Of a DNA stretch of 64,000 nt, positions 20,094-28,477 are shown in pieces. The DNA lies in the IMG/VR virus record IMGVR_UViG_2675903036_000001, positions 1 to 64,000 of that record. One strand, 5' to 3'. Position 1 is the first letter of the stretch. The number at the start of each line of letters is the position of its first letter. The stretch is from a virus. Taxonomy: Duplodnaviria; Caudoviricetes. The notes under the pieces were generated by a model, which saw only the letters and a list, made by a program, of their open reading frames with translations, was not told the DNA's origin and did not search any database. Position numbers and translations under genes: made by a program.

Positions 20094-20849
20094 TCACACC
20101 GATCCAAATTTCTTGAACGTCATGGGAAGTGCCCGGATTACTCTTCCGATAATCCGTGTGCCCTCCATGCGGTCATCCCATGGCCAGCTCTGATAAAACT
20201 TATTATCCGAGCTGACCATGAGCGTCTTTCCAACAATTGAAAGTCTTTTGCATATTAGTTCGCCGCCGTGAAGCAATATGTAAATAGCCTCTCCGGCATA
20301 ATCTTTGATCGACATGTCAACAAACAGCAAGTCATCAGGTTGGATGGTAGGAGCCATGCTATCTTTACTAGCAATGACAATCTGAATCTTATTATTACGA
20401 TTCATGCTGCCAATCAGGTGTTGTGCTTCATTTGGTTCCATTTCTATCGATCGTACAATCTCGTGGTAATCATTATTAAAATGACCTTCTCCACAAGCAG
20501 CTTTTACGTCAAGAATGTGGAAAAAGGCGGAGGCGTTAGTATCTTCCTCGAAGGATATCCTCTTTGAGGATATGACTGGTTCCTGGTCATATATTGCGGA
20601 GGATTTATGTATATGTTCAATAGGTTGATCCATCCAACCGCGTGGTTTTCTACATATTTCCTCTATATCTCTTGCCGATCTGCTGCTCATAGCACGAGGT
20701 TTGCCGGTCGCTGAATCGGGTGATTCATTTACCCATTGTGATACTTGTGATTGGTGCTTGCCTATTTTCTCGGCAAACCTCGTTAATCCGCCAGCTTCCT
20801 CGATAAGGATATTAAGTCTGGCTATTCGAATTTTATTAATAGTTTCCAT
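20094..20849 (-). CDS. cI: CI-like repressor with S24 peptidase domain
   Basis: N-terminal HTH; AACG cleavage-like site; DSMAPTI; ICKRL; SSDN. Confidence 0.9.
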   Translation of the reverse strand: METINKIRIARLNILIEEAGGLTRFAEKIGKHQSQVSQWVNESPDSATGKPRAMSSRSARDIEEICRKPRGWMDQPIEHIHKSSAIYDQEPVISSKRISFEEDTNASAFFHILDVKAACGEGHFNNDYHEIVRSIEMEPNEAQHLIGSMNRNNKIQIVIASKDSMAPTIQPDDLLFVDMSIKDYAGEAIYILLHGGELICKRLSIVGKTLMVSSDNKFYQSWPWDDRMEGTRIIGRVIRALPMTFKKFGSV

Positions 20850-20858
20850 AACCTAAAA

Positions 20859-20926
20859 ATAGCATTTTGCTAATAGAAAATAAATTAGCGTAACGCTTGA
20901 CTAAGTTATTAGCGCTGCGCTAATAT
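20859..20926. promoter_or_regulatory. OR region: three operators and PR
   Basis: ATAGCATTTTGCTAA (20859-73), TTAGCGTAACGCTTG (20885-99), TTAGCGCTGCGCTAA (20909-23); TTGACT-18-TAATAT. Confidence 0.8.
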
Positions 20927-20955
20927 AATAAAAGGAATATATAAAAGACCCAAAA

Positions 20956-21420
20956 ATGAATTCAGAAAGAAAACACATTGCATTTGAAAGAGCCTGCGAC
21001 ATAGTTGGTTGTCAGGCAAAAATGGCAAGGCTGCTTAATATGAAGCCTCCAACAATCAATCAATGGATACATCTTGTAAAACAAATCCCAGCAGAACGCT
21101 GCCCTGAAATTGAGAAATTAACCAACGGCGCCGTGAAATGCGAAGAACTTCGCCCCGACATCGATTGGGCATACCTGAGAAGCACGGTTACTACAACCAA
21201 ACCGCAAGCATCAACATTCCCTATTCCAGAAACAGAGCTTTCTTCGATTCCTGTAGAGGATTCAGGGAAGCTTTTAATCATCGACAAGTCGGATCGCCGC
21301 AATGAAGAGCGGAGAAAAGGTGATCGCCGCGATGGTGACCGTCGTAATGACAATGGCGCTGGACGCCGTGTTGGTGAGCGACGTATCTGCGATAGACGCT
21401 CTTGTGATCGTCGCGAATAA
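20956..21420 (+). CDS. cro: Cro/YdaS-family regulator with C-terminal [D/E]RR repeat tail
   Basis: Divergent from cI; IPAERCPEIE.LTNGAV.CEELRPDIDW. Confidence 0.85.
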   Translation: MNSERKHIAFERACDIVGCQAKMARLLNMKPPTINQWIHLVKQIPAERCPEIEKLTNGAVKCEELRPDIDWAYLRSTVTTTKPQASTFPIPETELSSIPVEDSGKLLIIDKSDRRNEERRKGDRRDGDRRNDNGAGRRVGERRICDRRSCDRRE

Positions 21421-21626
21421 AAATGACCGTAATTACGATTATGCGATGCCTCCTGATTATTGATTTCCTTGGGTCCTCTTACCTCGTGGCGCTACTCCCT
21501 TATCTGCGGTACCCCATCCAGCAGGTCGCCACGGGAGATTTTTTTAATCATGCAGGAGTTTATGTGGGTGGGGAATCGTACAGGAGTACACCTGTACTTT
21601 GGTACAGGTAGGGAAGGGCAGTAGAA

Positions 21627-22736
21627 ATGCATTACTACCAATTCAATATAGCTGACTATAGAAAGGATACTTCCCACTTGTCCCCTATAGAGCACTACAT
21701 ATACCGAACGCTTATTGATTGGTATTACCTCGATGAATCACCAATACCCAAAGAAACCCAGATGGTATTGCGCCGGTTATGCTTGGGAACCGAACATGAA
21801 CCTAATTTAAAGAATGTACTTTCCGACTTCTTTATAAACACCGAATTTGGTTGGAGACACAAACGAATAGAGCAGGAAATTATTGAGTATGCGGCCAAGT
21901 GTGAAAAAAACGCAAACAACGGAAAGAAAGGCGGCAGGCCGAAGAAAACCCAGTCGGTTAATTGCGCTAACCCAAATGAAAGCGAATTAAACCCTAACCA
22001 AAAACCAATAACCAATAACCAAGAACCATTAAAAACCTTTACACCACCCCCCAACCCCCCTGAGGGGGGCTCTGCCGTCCTGTCGGACTCCGGGTCTATC
22101 GACCCTCCGTTCTCCAGTCCGGTCGCAAGGGGTTCAGCAGAAAATCGCAAGAAATCGCAAAAGATCACCGAAAATCCGCTCGAAAACAGCGGTAAAAAAC
22201 CTGAGACTGACGCCAGAAATCAGCCACAAAACATAGAAAAATCAAGTGTTAACACCCAGAATCTGCCAGCTGAAACCGGAAAACCACCTGGCGGATTAAC
22301 GGTCGTTGCAAAGCAAAATCCTCAGCCCATGCTGATCGTGGGTAAAGAAGCTCCGAAAAAGCCGAAAAACCACGGTACTCCTGAAACACTCACAAGCGAA
22401 ACCTGGGATGCGTACGCCGTAGCCTACGAACAACGCTACGGCGCAACACCGGTGCGAAATGCTACGGTCAGCGGTCAGCTAGCGCATTTTGTGAAACGCA
22501 TCGGAAGGGACGAATCGCCGCATGTAGCAAGGTTCTTTGTCTTTCATAACTCGCAGTATTACGTCAAAAAAATGCATGCTGTCGGGGTAATGCTGGCTGA
22601 TGCTGAGAAGCTCAGAACCGAATGGGCAACCAATCGCAGCGTAACCGAAACGCAAGCAAAGCAGATAGACCGTAAACAGACTACCAGCAACGTTTTTAAT
22701 CAACTAATTGAGGAAGTAAGGAATGGGAAAATCTGA
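21627..22736 (+). CDS. YdaU/DUF1376-type replication initiator
   Basis: MHYYQFNIADY..DT.HLS..EH..YR.LID.YY..E.P; NGKKGGRP. Confidence 0.8.
   Translation: MHYYQFNIADYRKDTSHLSPIEHYIYRTLIDWYYLDESPIPKETQMVLRRLCLGTEHEPNLKNVLSDFFINTEFGWRHKRIEQEIIEYAAKCEKNANNGKKGGRPKKTQSVNCANPNESELNPNQKPITNNQEPLKTFTPPPNPPEGGSAVLSDSGSIDPPFSSPVARGSAENRKKSQKITENPLENSGKKPETDARNQPQNIEKSSVNTQNLPAETGKPPGGLTVVAKQNPQPMLIVGKEAPKKPKNHGTPETLTSETWDAYAVAYEQRYGATPVRNATVSGQLAHFVKRIGRDESPHVARFFVFHNSQYYVKKMHAVGVMLADAEKLRTEWATNRSVTETQAKQIDRKQTTSNVFNQLIEEVRNGKI
21990..22028 (+). repeat. 7-bp NNAACCA tandem repeats inside the initiator gene (possible ori)
   Basis: CTAACCA AAAACCA ATAACCA ATAACCA AGAACCA. Confidence 0.45.
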
Positions 22737-23361
22737 GATGGAAGAATTGGTCAAAGCCATCGCTGTAACGGCTGAATTGACCGGAACAGAGTTATCGATT
22801 GATGCAGCCAGGGTCATGGCTATGGACTTGTCTGAATACCCGATTAATCAGGTACTGGCTGCTTTGACGAAATGCAGACGTAGCCTGAGCGGAAGGCTTA
22901 CGGTTCAAGCCGTTATCAGCAGAATTGATGATGGAAGACCTGGGCCGGAAGAGGCTTGGGCTATGGTCCCAAGAGACGAAAGCGCATCTATTGTTTGGAC
23001 TGATGAAATGGCGCAGGCGTTTGGCATAGCCAATTCGTTGATTTGTGACGGGAGTACGATTCAAGCCCGTATGGCTTTTATTGAGTCATACAAAAGGTTA
23101 TGTGATGAGTCGCGTGAGCAAAAGATACCTGTTAGATGGACTCCATCGCTAGGGCATGACAAAAGAGGCCGCGAGTCAGTTCTGATGGATGCTGTGATGA
23201 AAGGACGCTTAGCTGCTAATCATGCTCTTGGCCTACTGCCTCATATCGATGGATCGGATGCTAAAGAAAATCTTCTTGCGATTATTAGATCAACTGATCG
23301 TCTCATTAAGATTAAAGCAATTGATCAATCTCCCAAATTAACCGAGAAAGAGTTTGCTTGA
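22723..23361 (+). CDS. Putative replication accessory/helicase-loader protein
   Basis: Follows the initiator; DDGRPGPEEAW, ARMAFIESY and WTPSLG. Confidence 0.6.
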   Translation: MGKSEMEELVKAIAVTAELTGTELSIDAARVMAMDLSEYPINQVLAALTKCRRSLSGRLTVQAVISRIDDGRPGPEEAWAMVPRDESASIVWTDEMAQAFGIANSLICDGSTIQARMAFIESYKRLCDESREQKIPVRWTPSLGHDKRGRESVLMDAVMKGRLAANHALGLLPHIDGSDAKENLLAIIRSTDRLIKIKAIDQSPKLTEKEFA

Positions 23362-23407
23362 TAAGCGACAGAAAAAGCAAATAAACGAAGGGAAGAGGAA
23401 AAAGAAA

Positions 23408-23596
23408 ATGATTGGCCCTGTTAGCGATTACACGATTTTAAAAGAATCCGAGATGCCCGATCTGATTGATCGCGTTTGCCAATGCATCACGCTAGGCTGG
23501 GAGCCGCTTGGGTCGCCATTTGCAGATGGTGGTAATCATATTTCTGGCAGGCAATGGTGCCAGGCAATGGTCAAGAGGGAGGGAAGTAGGAAATGA
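23408..23596 (+). CDS. DUF1737-like small protein
   Basis: Y..L......L...V......GW.P.GSP....QAMVK pattern. Confidence 0.6.
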   Translation: MIGPVSDYTILKESEMPDLIDRVCQCITLGWEPLGSPFADGGNHISGRQWCQAMVKREGSRK

Positions 23597-23781
23597 GCGG
23601 GGAGCATTTTTACAGTTGCGCAATCGTCGATAGAAATAACCATCCGCTACATGACACATCAATGTCTGGATTGAATGAGAAAGACCTGCAGAAAGTCGCG
23701 GATATCTACAATGATGCAGCGCCTATGAATGCGGATACTAACGCGCCATACCGTGTGGTTAAGCTGTTTTTCAAGGATTAG
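23593..23781 (+). CDS. Hypothetical protein
   Basis: Coupled ORF in the early right operon. Confidence 0.5.
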   Translation: MSGEHFYSCAIVDRNNHPLHDTSMSGLNEKDLQKVADIYNDAAPMNADTNAPYRVVKLFFKD

Positions 23782-23787
23782 AGAGAG

Positions 23788-24267
23788 ATGCAGCAAGTTC
23801 GCAAGAAACCGTCCAAAGAAAAATTGATGTTCAAGGTGACTAAGGGTGCGCTTGTGCCGGCAGATTCTTACACGTCTGAAAGGCTAAGAGTGCGCAGGTA
23901 TCGGATTGGTGACTTAGTGGCGGTGATCATCTCCAAAATCCGTTCGCCTGGTTTTAATCGGCTAGCTCATCGTATCGGGCAGTTGGTTGTAGCTAATATC
24001 GATGATTTTCATGGGATGGACGCTCATGACGCGCTTAAAAAAATCCAGCTGGAAGGGAACATTGCCTGCGATGAAATGATGGTGGATTTTGGTGAGGGTG
24101 AAGTGAAATATCGCATACCGAGAAGCTTGTCTTTTGAGTCGATGGAGGAAGGGGAATTCAGGCAGGTTGCGGTGAAATTTTGCGAGTACATCGCAAATCG
24201 GTATTGGCCTGATCTTGATCCAGAGCAGATTGAGCACATGGCTCAGAGTTTTGTGGAGGCGGCGTGA
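23788..24267 (+). CDS. Nin-region protein (DUF1367-like)
   Basis: GALVPAD, RSPGFNR and IPRSLSFESMEEGEF. Confidence 0.6.
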   Translation: MQQVRKKPSKEKLMFKVTKGALVPADSYTSERLRVRRYRIGDLVAVIISKIRSPGFNRLAHRIGQLVVANIDDFHGMDAHDALKKIQLEGNIACDEMMVDFGEGEVKYRIPRSLSFESMEEGEFRQVAVKFCEYIANRYWPDLDPEQIEHMAQSFVEAA

Positions 24268-25262
24268 AAGCTTACTACAACGAATTTGATCGCGATGCTG
24301 CTGCTTGGCTGCGGCAGCTAATTAATGGTGGATTGATTGCTGACGGGGAAGTGGATGAGCGAAGCATTACTGAAGTTGAAGCAAATGACCTTGTGGGATT
24401 CGACAGATGCCATTTTTTCGCTGGGGTTGGAACTTGGGACTATTGCCTTAACGAAGCTGGATGGGGAAATAGACCGGTCTGGACAGCAAGCCTTCCCTGC
24501 CAGCCTTTCAGTGTCGCCGGAAAAGGATTCGGTAAGTCTGATGAACGGCACTTGCTCCCACACTTCGTTGAATTGGTCAGACAGTGCAAGCCTGACACTT
24601 TGTTTGGAGAGCAGGTTGCGTCAGCAATTCGCCACGGTTGGCTCGATGATTTACATGCAGAAATGGGTAAAGAAGGTTACGCCGTCGGGCATTGCGTATT
24701 CGGAGCACACAGCATCGGCACCGCGCACATCAGACAAAGGCTTTACTGGGTTGCCAACTCCATTCGCACCGGATCACAAGGGAAGGTATCAGGGCGGGAG
24801 GACGAGAAACGGCAAGCTCTCGAAAGACTCACTGGATGTCGTGGCGCAGATAGCTGGATGGGCATCACCAACAGCAACAGACTCAAGCAGAGGAGTGAAG
24901 CCGCCGAGGCCGCACGATACAGGAATACCGTTGACGCAACAGGTGGGGTTGATAGCCGGGTGGAGCACTCCAAGAGCAAACAAATGGGGATTCCCGGACA
25001 GTCACGGAAGCGACGAGAGGCCGATGTTGTCGAATGGCTCTACTGCCGAGACAACAAATACCGGCCAGTTAAATCCGGCCTTAAGCCGCTGGTTGATAGG
25101 ACTTCCACCGGAGTGGTGTACAGCGGCAATCAAAACCAAGAGATCAATGCCGACTACTCGCTTGAAGCAAAAACAATGAGGTTAAGAGGGTATGGCAACG
25201 CCATTGTGGCAGGGTGTGGGATTGAGTTTATTTCAGCATTTATGGATGTGATGCATGACTAA
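24264..25262 (+). CDS. C5-cytosine DNA methyltransferase, alpha polypeptide (motifs I-VIII and X)
   Basis: FFAGVG, PCQPFS, GEQV, HIRQRLYWVA and RLRGYGNAIV. Confidence 0.88.
   Translation: MKAYYNEFDRDAAAWLRQLINGGLIADGEVDERSITEVEANDLVGFDRCHFFAGVGTWDYCLNEAGWGNRPVWTASLPCQPFSVAGKGFGKSDERHLLPHFVELVRQCKPDTLFGEQVASAIRHGWLDDLHAEMGKEGYAVGHCVFGAHSIGTAHIRQRLYWVANSIRTGSQGKVSGREDEKRQALERLTGCRGADSWMGITNSNRLKQRSEAAEAARYRNTVDATGGVDSRVEHSKSKQMGIPGQSRKRREADVVEWLYCRDNKYRPVKSGLKPLVDRTSTGVVYSGNQNQEINADYSLEAKTMRLRGYGNAIVAGCGIEFISAFMDVMHD
24337..25179 (+). CDS. Nested +1-frame MTase beta polypeptide (motif IX-like); true start uncertain
   Basis: 280 open codons inside the alpha gene; three G(W/L)x(T/S)P repeats; GQLNPALSRWLIGLPPEW. 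Confidence 0.75.
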   Translation: MLTGKWMSEALLKLKQMTLWDSTDAIFSLGLELGTIALTKLDGEIDRSGQQAFPASLSVSPEKDSVSLMNGTCSHTSLNWSDSASLTLCLESRLRQQFATVGSMIYMQKWVKKVTPSGIAYSEHTASAPRTSDKGFTGLPTPFAPDHKGRYQGGRTRNGKLSKDSLDVVAQIAGWASPTATDSSRGVKPPRPHDTGIPLTQQVGLIAGWSTPRANKWGFPDSHGSDERPMLSNGSTAETTNTGQLNPALSRWLIGLPPEWCTAAIKTKRSMPTTRLKQKQ

Positions 25263-25545
25263 AGCAGAAAAAGACCATATGTCTGCAGTTGCCTCAACCT
25301 GCTGCGTAATCTGCCGCGAGTTCGATGGAGTGAGAACGCCCGGCCAGGTTCATCACGTTGCAGATGGTAGTAACCCTAGAAGCAGTTTCATGACGATTTG
25401 TCTTTGTGAATCTCACCACGTTGGACATGTGGGGCTGCACGGCATGGGCCCAAAGAAGTTCTGCAAATTATTCAGATTGCCGAATGAGTTTTATCTGCTT
25501 GGGCTGCAGAACAAATATCTGGCGATAGATAGAGGATCGAGATGA
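25255..25545 (+). CDS. Ref-like HNH nuclease
   Basis: KAEKDHMSAVA..CCVIC...VHH...ICLCESHH. Confidence 0.7.
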   Translation: MTKAEKDHMSAVASTCCVICREFDGVRTPGQVHHVADGSNPRSSFMTICLCESHHVGHVGLHGMGPKKFCKLFRLPNEFYLLGLQNKYLAIDRGSR

Positions 25546-25746
25546 ATGGATACAAGCTCAGAAGAGTATAGAGCCGCATGTGAGGCCGAAGAGGTTTTCA
25601 GACTATTCAAAACCAAAGAAGAGCGCAGGGCTTACATAGATGGTGTTGAGAAAAAAAGAGGAATCGCTGCGGCAAACAAGCTTAGATCAGATGTTTATGA
25701 CGAGTGGTATAGGAGAAAAAATGGAAGCGGAGCAGGCAATAAATAA
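25546..25746 (+). CDS. Small phage hypothetical protein
   Basis: SEEYRAACEA...R..Y...VEKKRG..AA..LR. Confidence 0.6.
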   Translation: MDTSSEEYRAACEAEEVFRLFKTKEERRAYIDGVEKKRGIAAANKLRSDVYDEWYRRKNGSGAGNK

Positions 25747-25835
25747 AAACTGGATGATTTCGTTTTTGAGTAAGTACGAGCTGTCACGATCCTTCCGTCA
25801 TTTATACAAGAAGAAGAGGGAGGAGGGTTAAATGC

Positions 25836-26273
25836 ATGGCGATTTATTCGAATGAATTTAGAAAAGAGATGGAAAAGCGATTTGCAGAAAATGCGGGCTT
25901 GTCATCTGCTAAAAAGAAAAATAATACCCTGCAAGAATTACAGGCGCTAGGAAGGTTAAAGGAGCGCCAGATGAATAAGCTGGAACTGGCGTACTCTCAG
26001 CATCTTGAAGCGCTGAAAGCATGCGGATATGTGCTTTGGCACGAATTCGAGGCGGTAAAGCTTAGGCTTGCGGACAACACGCACTACACGGTTGATTTCA
26101 TGGTGATGAGAGCCAACGGCGAGCTGGAAGCTCATGAAGTAAAGGGCGGGTATGCGTTTGACGATTCGTTGGTTAAGCTGAAATGCGCGGCAGAGAAATT
26201 TCCCTGGCCATTCTACCTGGTGAAAAAGGGCAAGGACGGTACCTGGGATATCAGCAAGGTGGAAAATAAATGA
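25836..26273 (+). CDS. PD-(D/E)XK nuclease (DUF1064-like)
   Basis: MNKLE..Y...L; FEAVKLRLA...YTVDF...HEVKG. Confidence 0.7.
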   Translation: MAIYSNEFRKEMEKRFAENAGLSSAKKKNNTLQELQALGRLKERQMNKLELAYSQHLEALKACGYVLWHEFEAVKLRLADNTHYTVDFMVMRANGELEAHEVKGGYAFDDSLVKLKCAAEKFPWPFYLVKKGKDGTWDISKVENK

Positions 26274-26473
26274 GAGAAGAGCATCTAACCCGATTGTCAT
26301 TTAGAGACCCGCTCAAGGTTTTGATGGTGAAGGAATCCAGAACGTGCAAGGGGTGTGTGCATGAGCATCGTGAGCGTGCGTTTGGTCAGGACGTAGTGGT
26401 GTGCACCAGAATGGATGCTGATGGCAGACAACGCAAGCACGGCAGAAGATGTAAGGACTACAAAGAAAATTGA
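26270..26473 (+). CDS. Small Cys-rich protein
   Basis: RDPLKVL...TCKGC...C...RC. Confidence 0.55.
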   Translation: MREEHLTRLSFRDPLKVLMVKESRTCKGCVHEHRERAFGQDVVVCTRMDADGRQRKHGRRCKDYKEN

Positions 26474-26503
26474 TGGTTGTTACTGGTGCTTAACTGACAA
26501 GGA

Positions 26504-27046
26504 ATGTTGGAGATGGAGCCTATCAAATACTTTTTAAGAGGGGATTGTCCTGGGGAATATTTCGAGTGCAGCAGATTATCTGCAACACTGACTAAATCAT
26601 CGTGCGCCGATATGTGGCGTCAAGCACGCAAGGAAAAAGATAACTTCCGTCTTCATCACTGCAGGAACTGCAAGATAGGCGCAATGCATGCCGGAGAGCA
26701 TGAAATATCTACATCGCGTCTATCAGGTAAAAGAATCTGCGCCAGGTGTCACAGGCCATCCAATCGATTTATCAGCGACAATATTTGTGTGAGCTGCTAC
26801 AACAGGCAACAAGAGTGGTTGAAGGGGAAGAATGCTAAAGGCACTAAGCCGATTAAACAAAGGCCATTGAAACCAATGAGTGTGCCGTATGTAACTGGTG
26901 ACGAATTGCATATTGCAAGGGCTGTACTTGCAGAATCGACGAATGAAATGATTATTAGAATGCTGAGAGACAGTCAGAAAAACGTACGGTTTGGTTTTTA
27001 TAGAAAGGCGCTTGCGATTGAAGCCAGAGAGTTGGTATCTGACTGA
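26504..27046 (+). CDS. Zn-finger-like phage protein
   Basis: Several CxxC pairs; CVSCYNR..EW.KGKNAKG. Confidence 0.65.
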   Translation: MLEMEPIKYFLRGDCPGEYFECSRLSATLTKSSCADMWRQARKEKDNFRLHHCRNCKIGAMHAGEHEISTSRLSGKRICARCHRPSNRFISDNICVSCYNRQQEWLKGKNAKGTKPIKQRPLKPMSVPYVTGDELHIARAVLAESTNEMIIRMLRDSQKNVRFGFYRKALAIEARELVSD

Positions 27047-27380
27047 TCATATCTGCCGGAACTGCTTTGGACGCATTCTGGTGAGATACAAAAGCCGGGC
27101 AATTCAGCGCGTAGAGAATGCGCAACTTGATTTGTTTGCTGATGCTTCTGGTCAGAAAACGATTAAGGAGGCTGCGGGTGAACGTGTCTGGAGGGAGGTA
27201 GGCAAGGTATTCAGATGTGCTGATTGCGGACAGATAGCAGTTTCTGATGATCACAGGGATATCTGTTGCTGTGGTCTCAAGCTGAAAGACGGTACTGATT
27301 TAGGGATTAGATGTGTGTATTCGGATAATCCAAACGAGCCATATCAAACTGAAATTATAGCCAAGCAGATAGATGATTAA
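26991..27380 (+). CDS. Cys-rich hypothetical protein
   Basis: HICRNCFGRIL, RCADCG and ICCCG; start uncertain. Confidence 0.55.
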   Translation: MVFIERRLRLKPESWYLTDHICRNCFGRILVRYKSRAIQRVENAQLDLFADASGQKTIKEAAGERVWREVGKVFRCADCGQIAVSDDHRDICCCGLKLKDGTDLGIRCVYSDNPNEPYQTEIIAKQIDD

Positions 27381-27396
27381 TTAAAAGGAGAAAGAG

Positions 27397-27681
27397 GTGG
27401 AAGAACAAAACAATGCAAGTGGAGTGCCAGAGCTTGAAGTCAGCAAGCTCGATATCAAGGATGGTGACATTCTGCTTATTCGTATTCCCGCCGGGAAGGT
27501 GCCCGATAAAGAAGCACAAATGTACTTCTCGGCATTGAGGGATAGATTAACTACTCTGGGCTTTAAAGACGTGACCGTTCTCGTTTTGGACGCAGAGATT
27601 GATATAGAAACGCTTGATGAAAGAATCATGAGTAAGTACGGGTGGGTTAAGGCTCCTAAAGCGGAAAGTATGCTGCATTGA
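27397..27681 (+). CDS. Hypothetical protein
   Basis: AGGAG RBS; GTG start. Confidence 0.6.
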   Translation: MEEQNNASGVPELEVSKLDIKDGDILLIRIPAGKVPDKEAQMYFSALRDRLTTLGFKDVTVLVLDAEIDIETLDERIMSKYGWVKAPKAESMLH

Positions 27682-27686
27682 TTATC

Positions 27687-27703
27687 GATCGTGATGTTAG
27701 GTT
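27687..27703 (+). promoter_or_regulatory. Putative late promoter (TCGTGA motif) before the terminase genes
   Basis: GATCGTGA-TGT-TAGGTT. Confidence 0.55.
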
Positions 27704-27758
27704 AATGTGTATTCCGGCAAGAGTACAAATCACAATAAACTGGATAGCAATTAAACAC

Positions 27759-27968
27759 ATGACATTACCTTACGATGTAGAGAGATGTAAAGGAAAGAAC
27801 GCGCTTTTGTGTCAACGATGCATGCGGCGCGAACCGGGCGACCAGGTTGCGCAGTGGTTTATCACTCCGGCTTTGACGCTGGATGGCTGCCAGAATTTTA
27901 TTGGTTATTCATTCCTGAACGCCAAAACGATAGAGGGAGGGCTGGTAAGTGGCTCGACTAACTCCTGA
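27759..27968 (+). CDS. Small Cys protein
   Basis: MTLPYDVERCKG...CQRCMRR. Confidence 0.5.
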   Translation: MTLPYDVERCKGKNALLCQRCMRREPGDQVAQWFITPALTLDGCQNFIGYSFLNAKTIEGGLVSGSTNS

Positions 27969-28467
27969 GCAATGGAATGATATTCGTGCCAAATTTGAAG
28001 TAGGTGCTTCTGCCAGAGAGTTATCCGCGATATTCGGTATTTCTCATACGGCAATTAATAAAAAGGCCGAGAAAGAAGGATGGACGCGGAGTATTGAACC
28101 GGCGATCAGGCGGAAAGTTTCCGAGAAAGTTTCCGGCTATGTTTCCAGTGACAACCTTTCAAAACGGGCTGAGGCGATTGATGCTGAAGCGGAGCGCCGT
28201 GCCGCCGTTATTGAACGGCATCGTGAAGAATGGCCGACGGTTCGCGAGATGGTGGAGGCAGGCTGCAAAACTCATAGTGAGGCATCAAGTCTTGAGGAAA
28301 AGCGTATCGCGTTCGAAGACTTGAAAGCAGCCAAGATTGCGAGTGAAACGTTGAAGATCATTCAGGATGGGGAGAGGAAAGCCTGGAATTTAGATCAAAT
28401 TGTGGACGTGACGACGCTTACGGATGAGCAATTGGCGGCGATAGCTAAAGGGAGAATGCCAGTTTAA
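27949..28467 (+). CDS. terS: Terminase small subunit
   Basis: N-terminal HTH (W..IR..FE.G.S.RELS..FGISHTAI.KKA.KEGW); upstream of terL. Confidence 0.75.
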   Translation: MARLTPEQWNDIRAKFEVGASARELSAIFGISHTAINKKAEKEGWTRSIEPAIRRKVSEKVSGYVSSDNLSKRAEAIDAEAERRAAVIERHREEWPTVREMVEAGCKTHSEASSLEEKRIAFEDLKAAKIASETLKIIQDGERKAWNLDQIVDVTTLTDEQLAAIAKGRMPV

Positions 28468-28477
28468 TTACAAGAAC

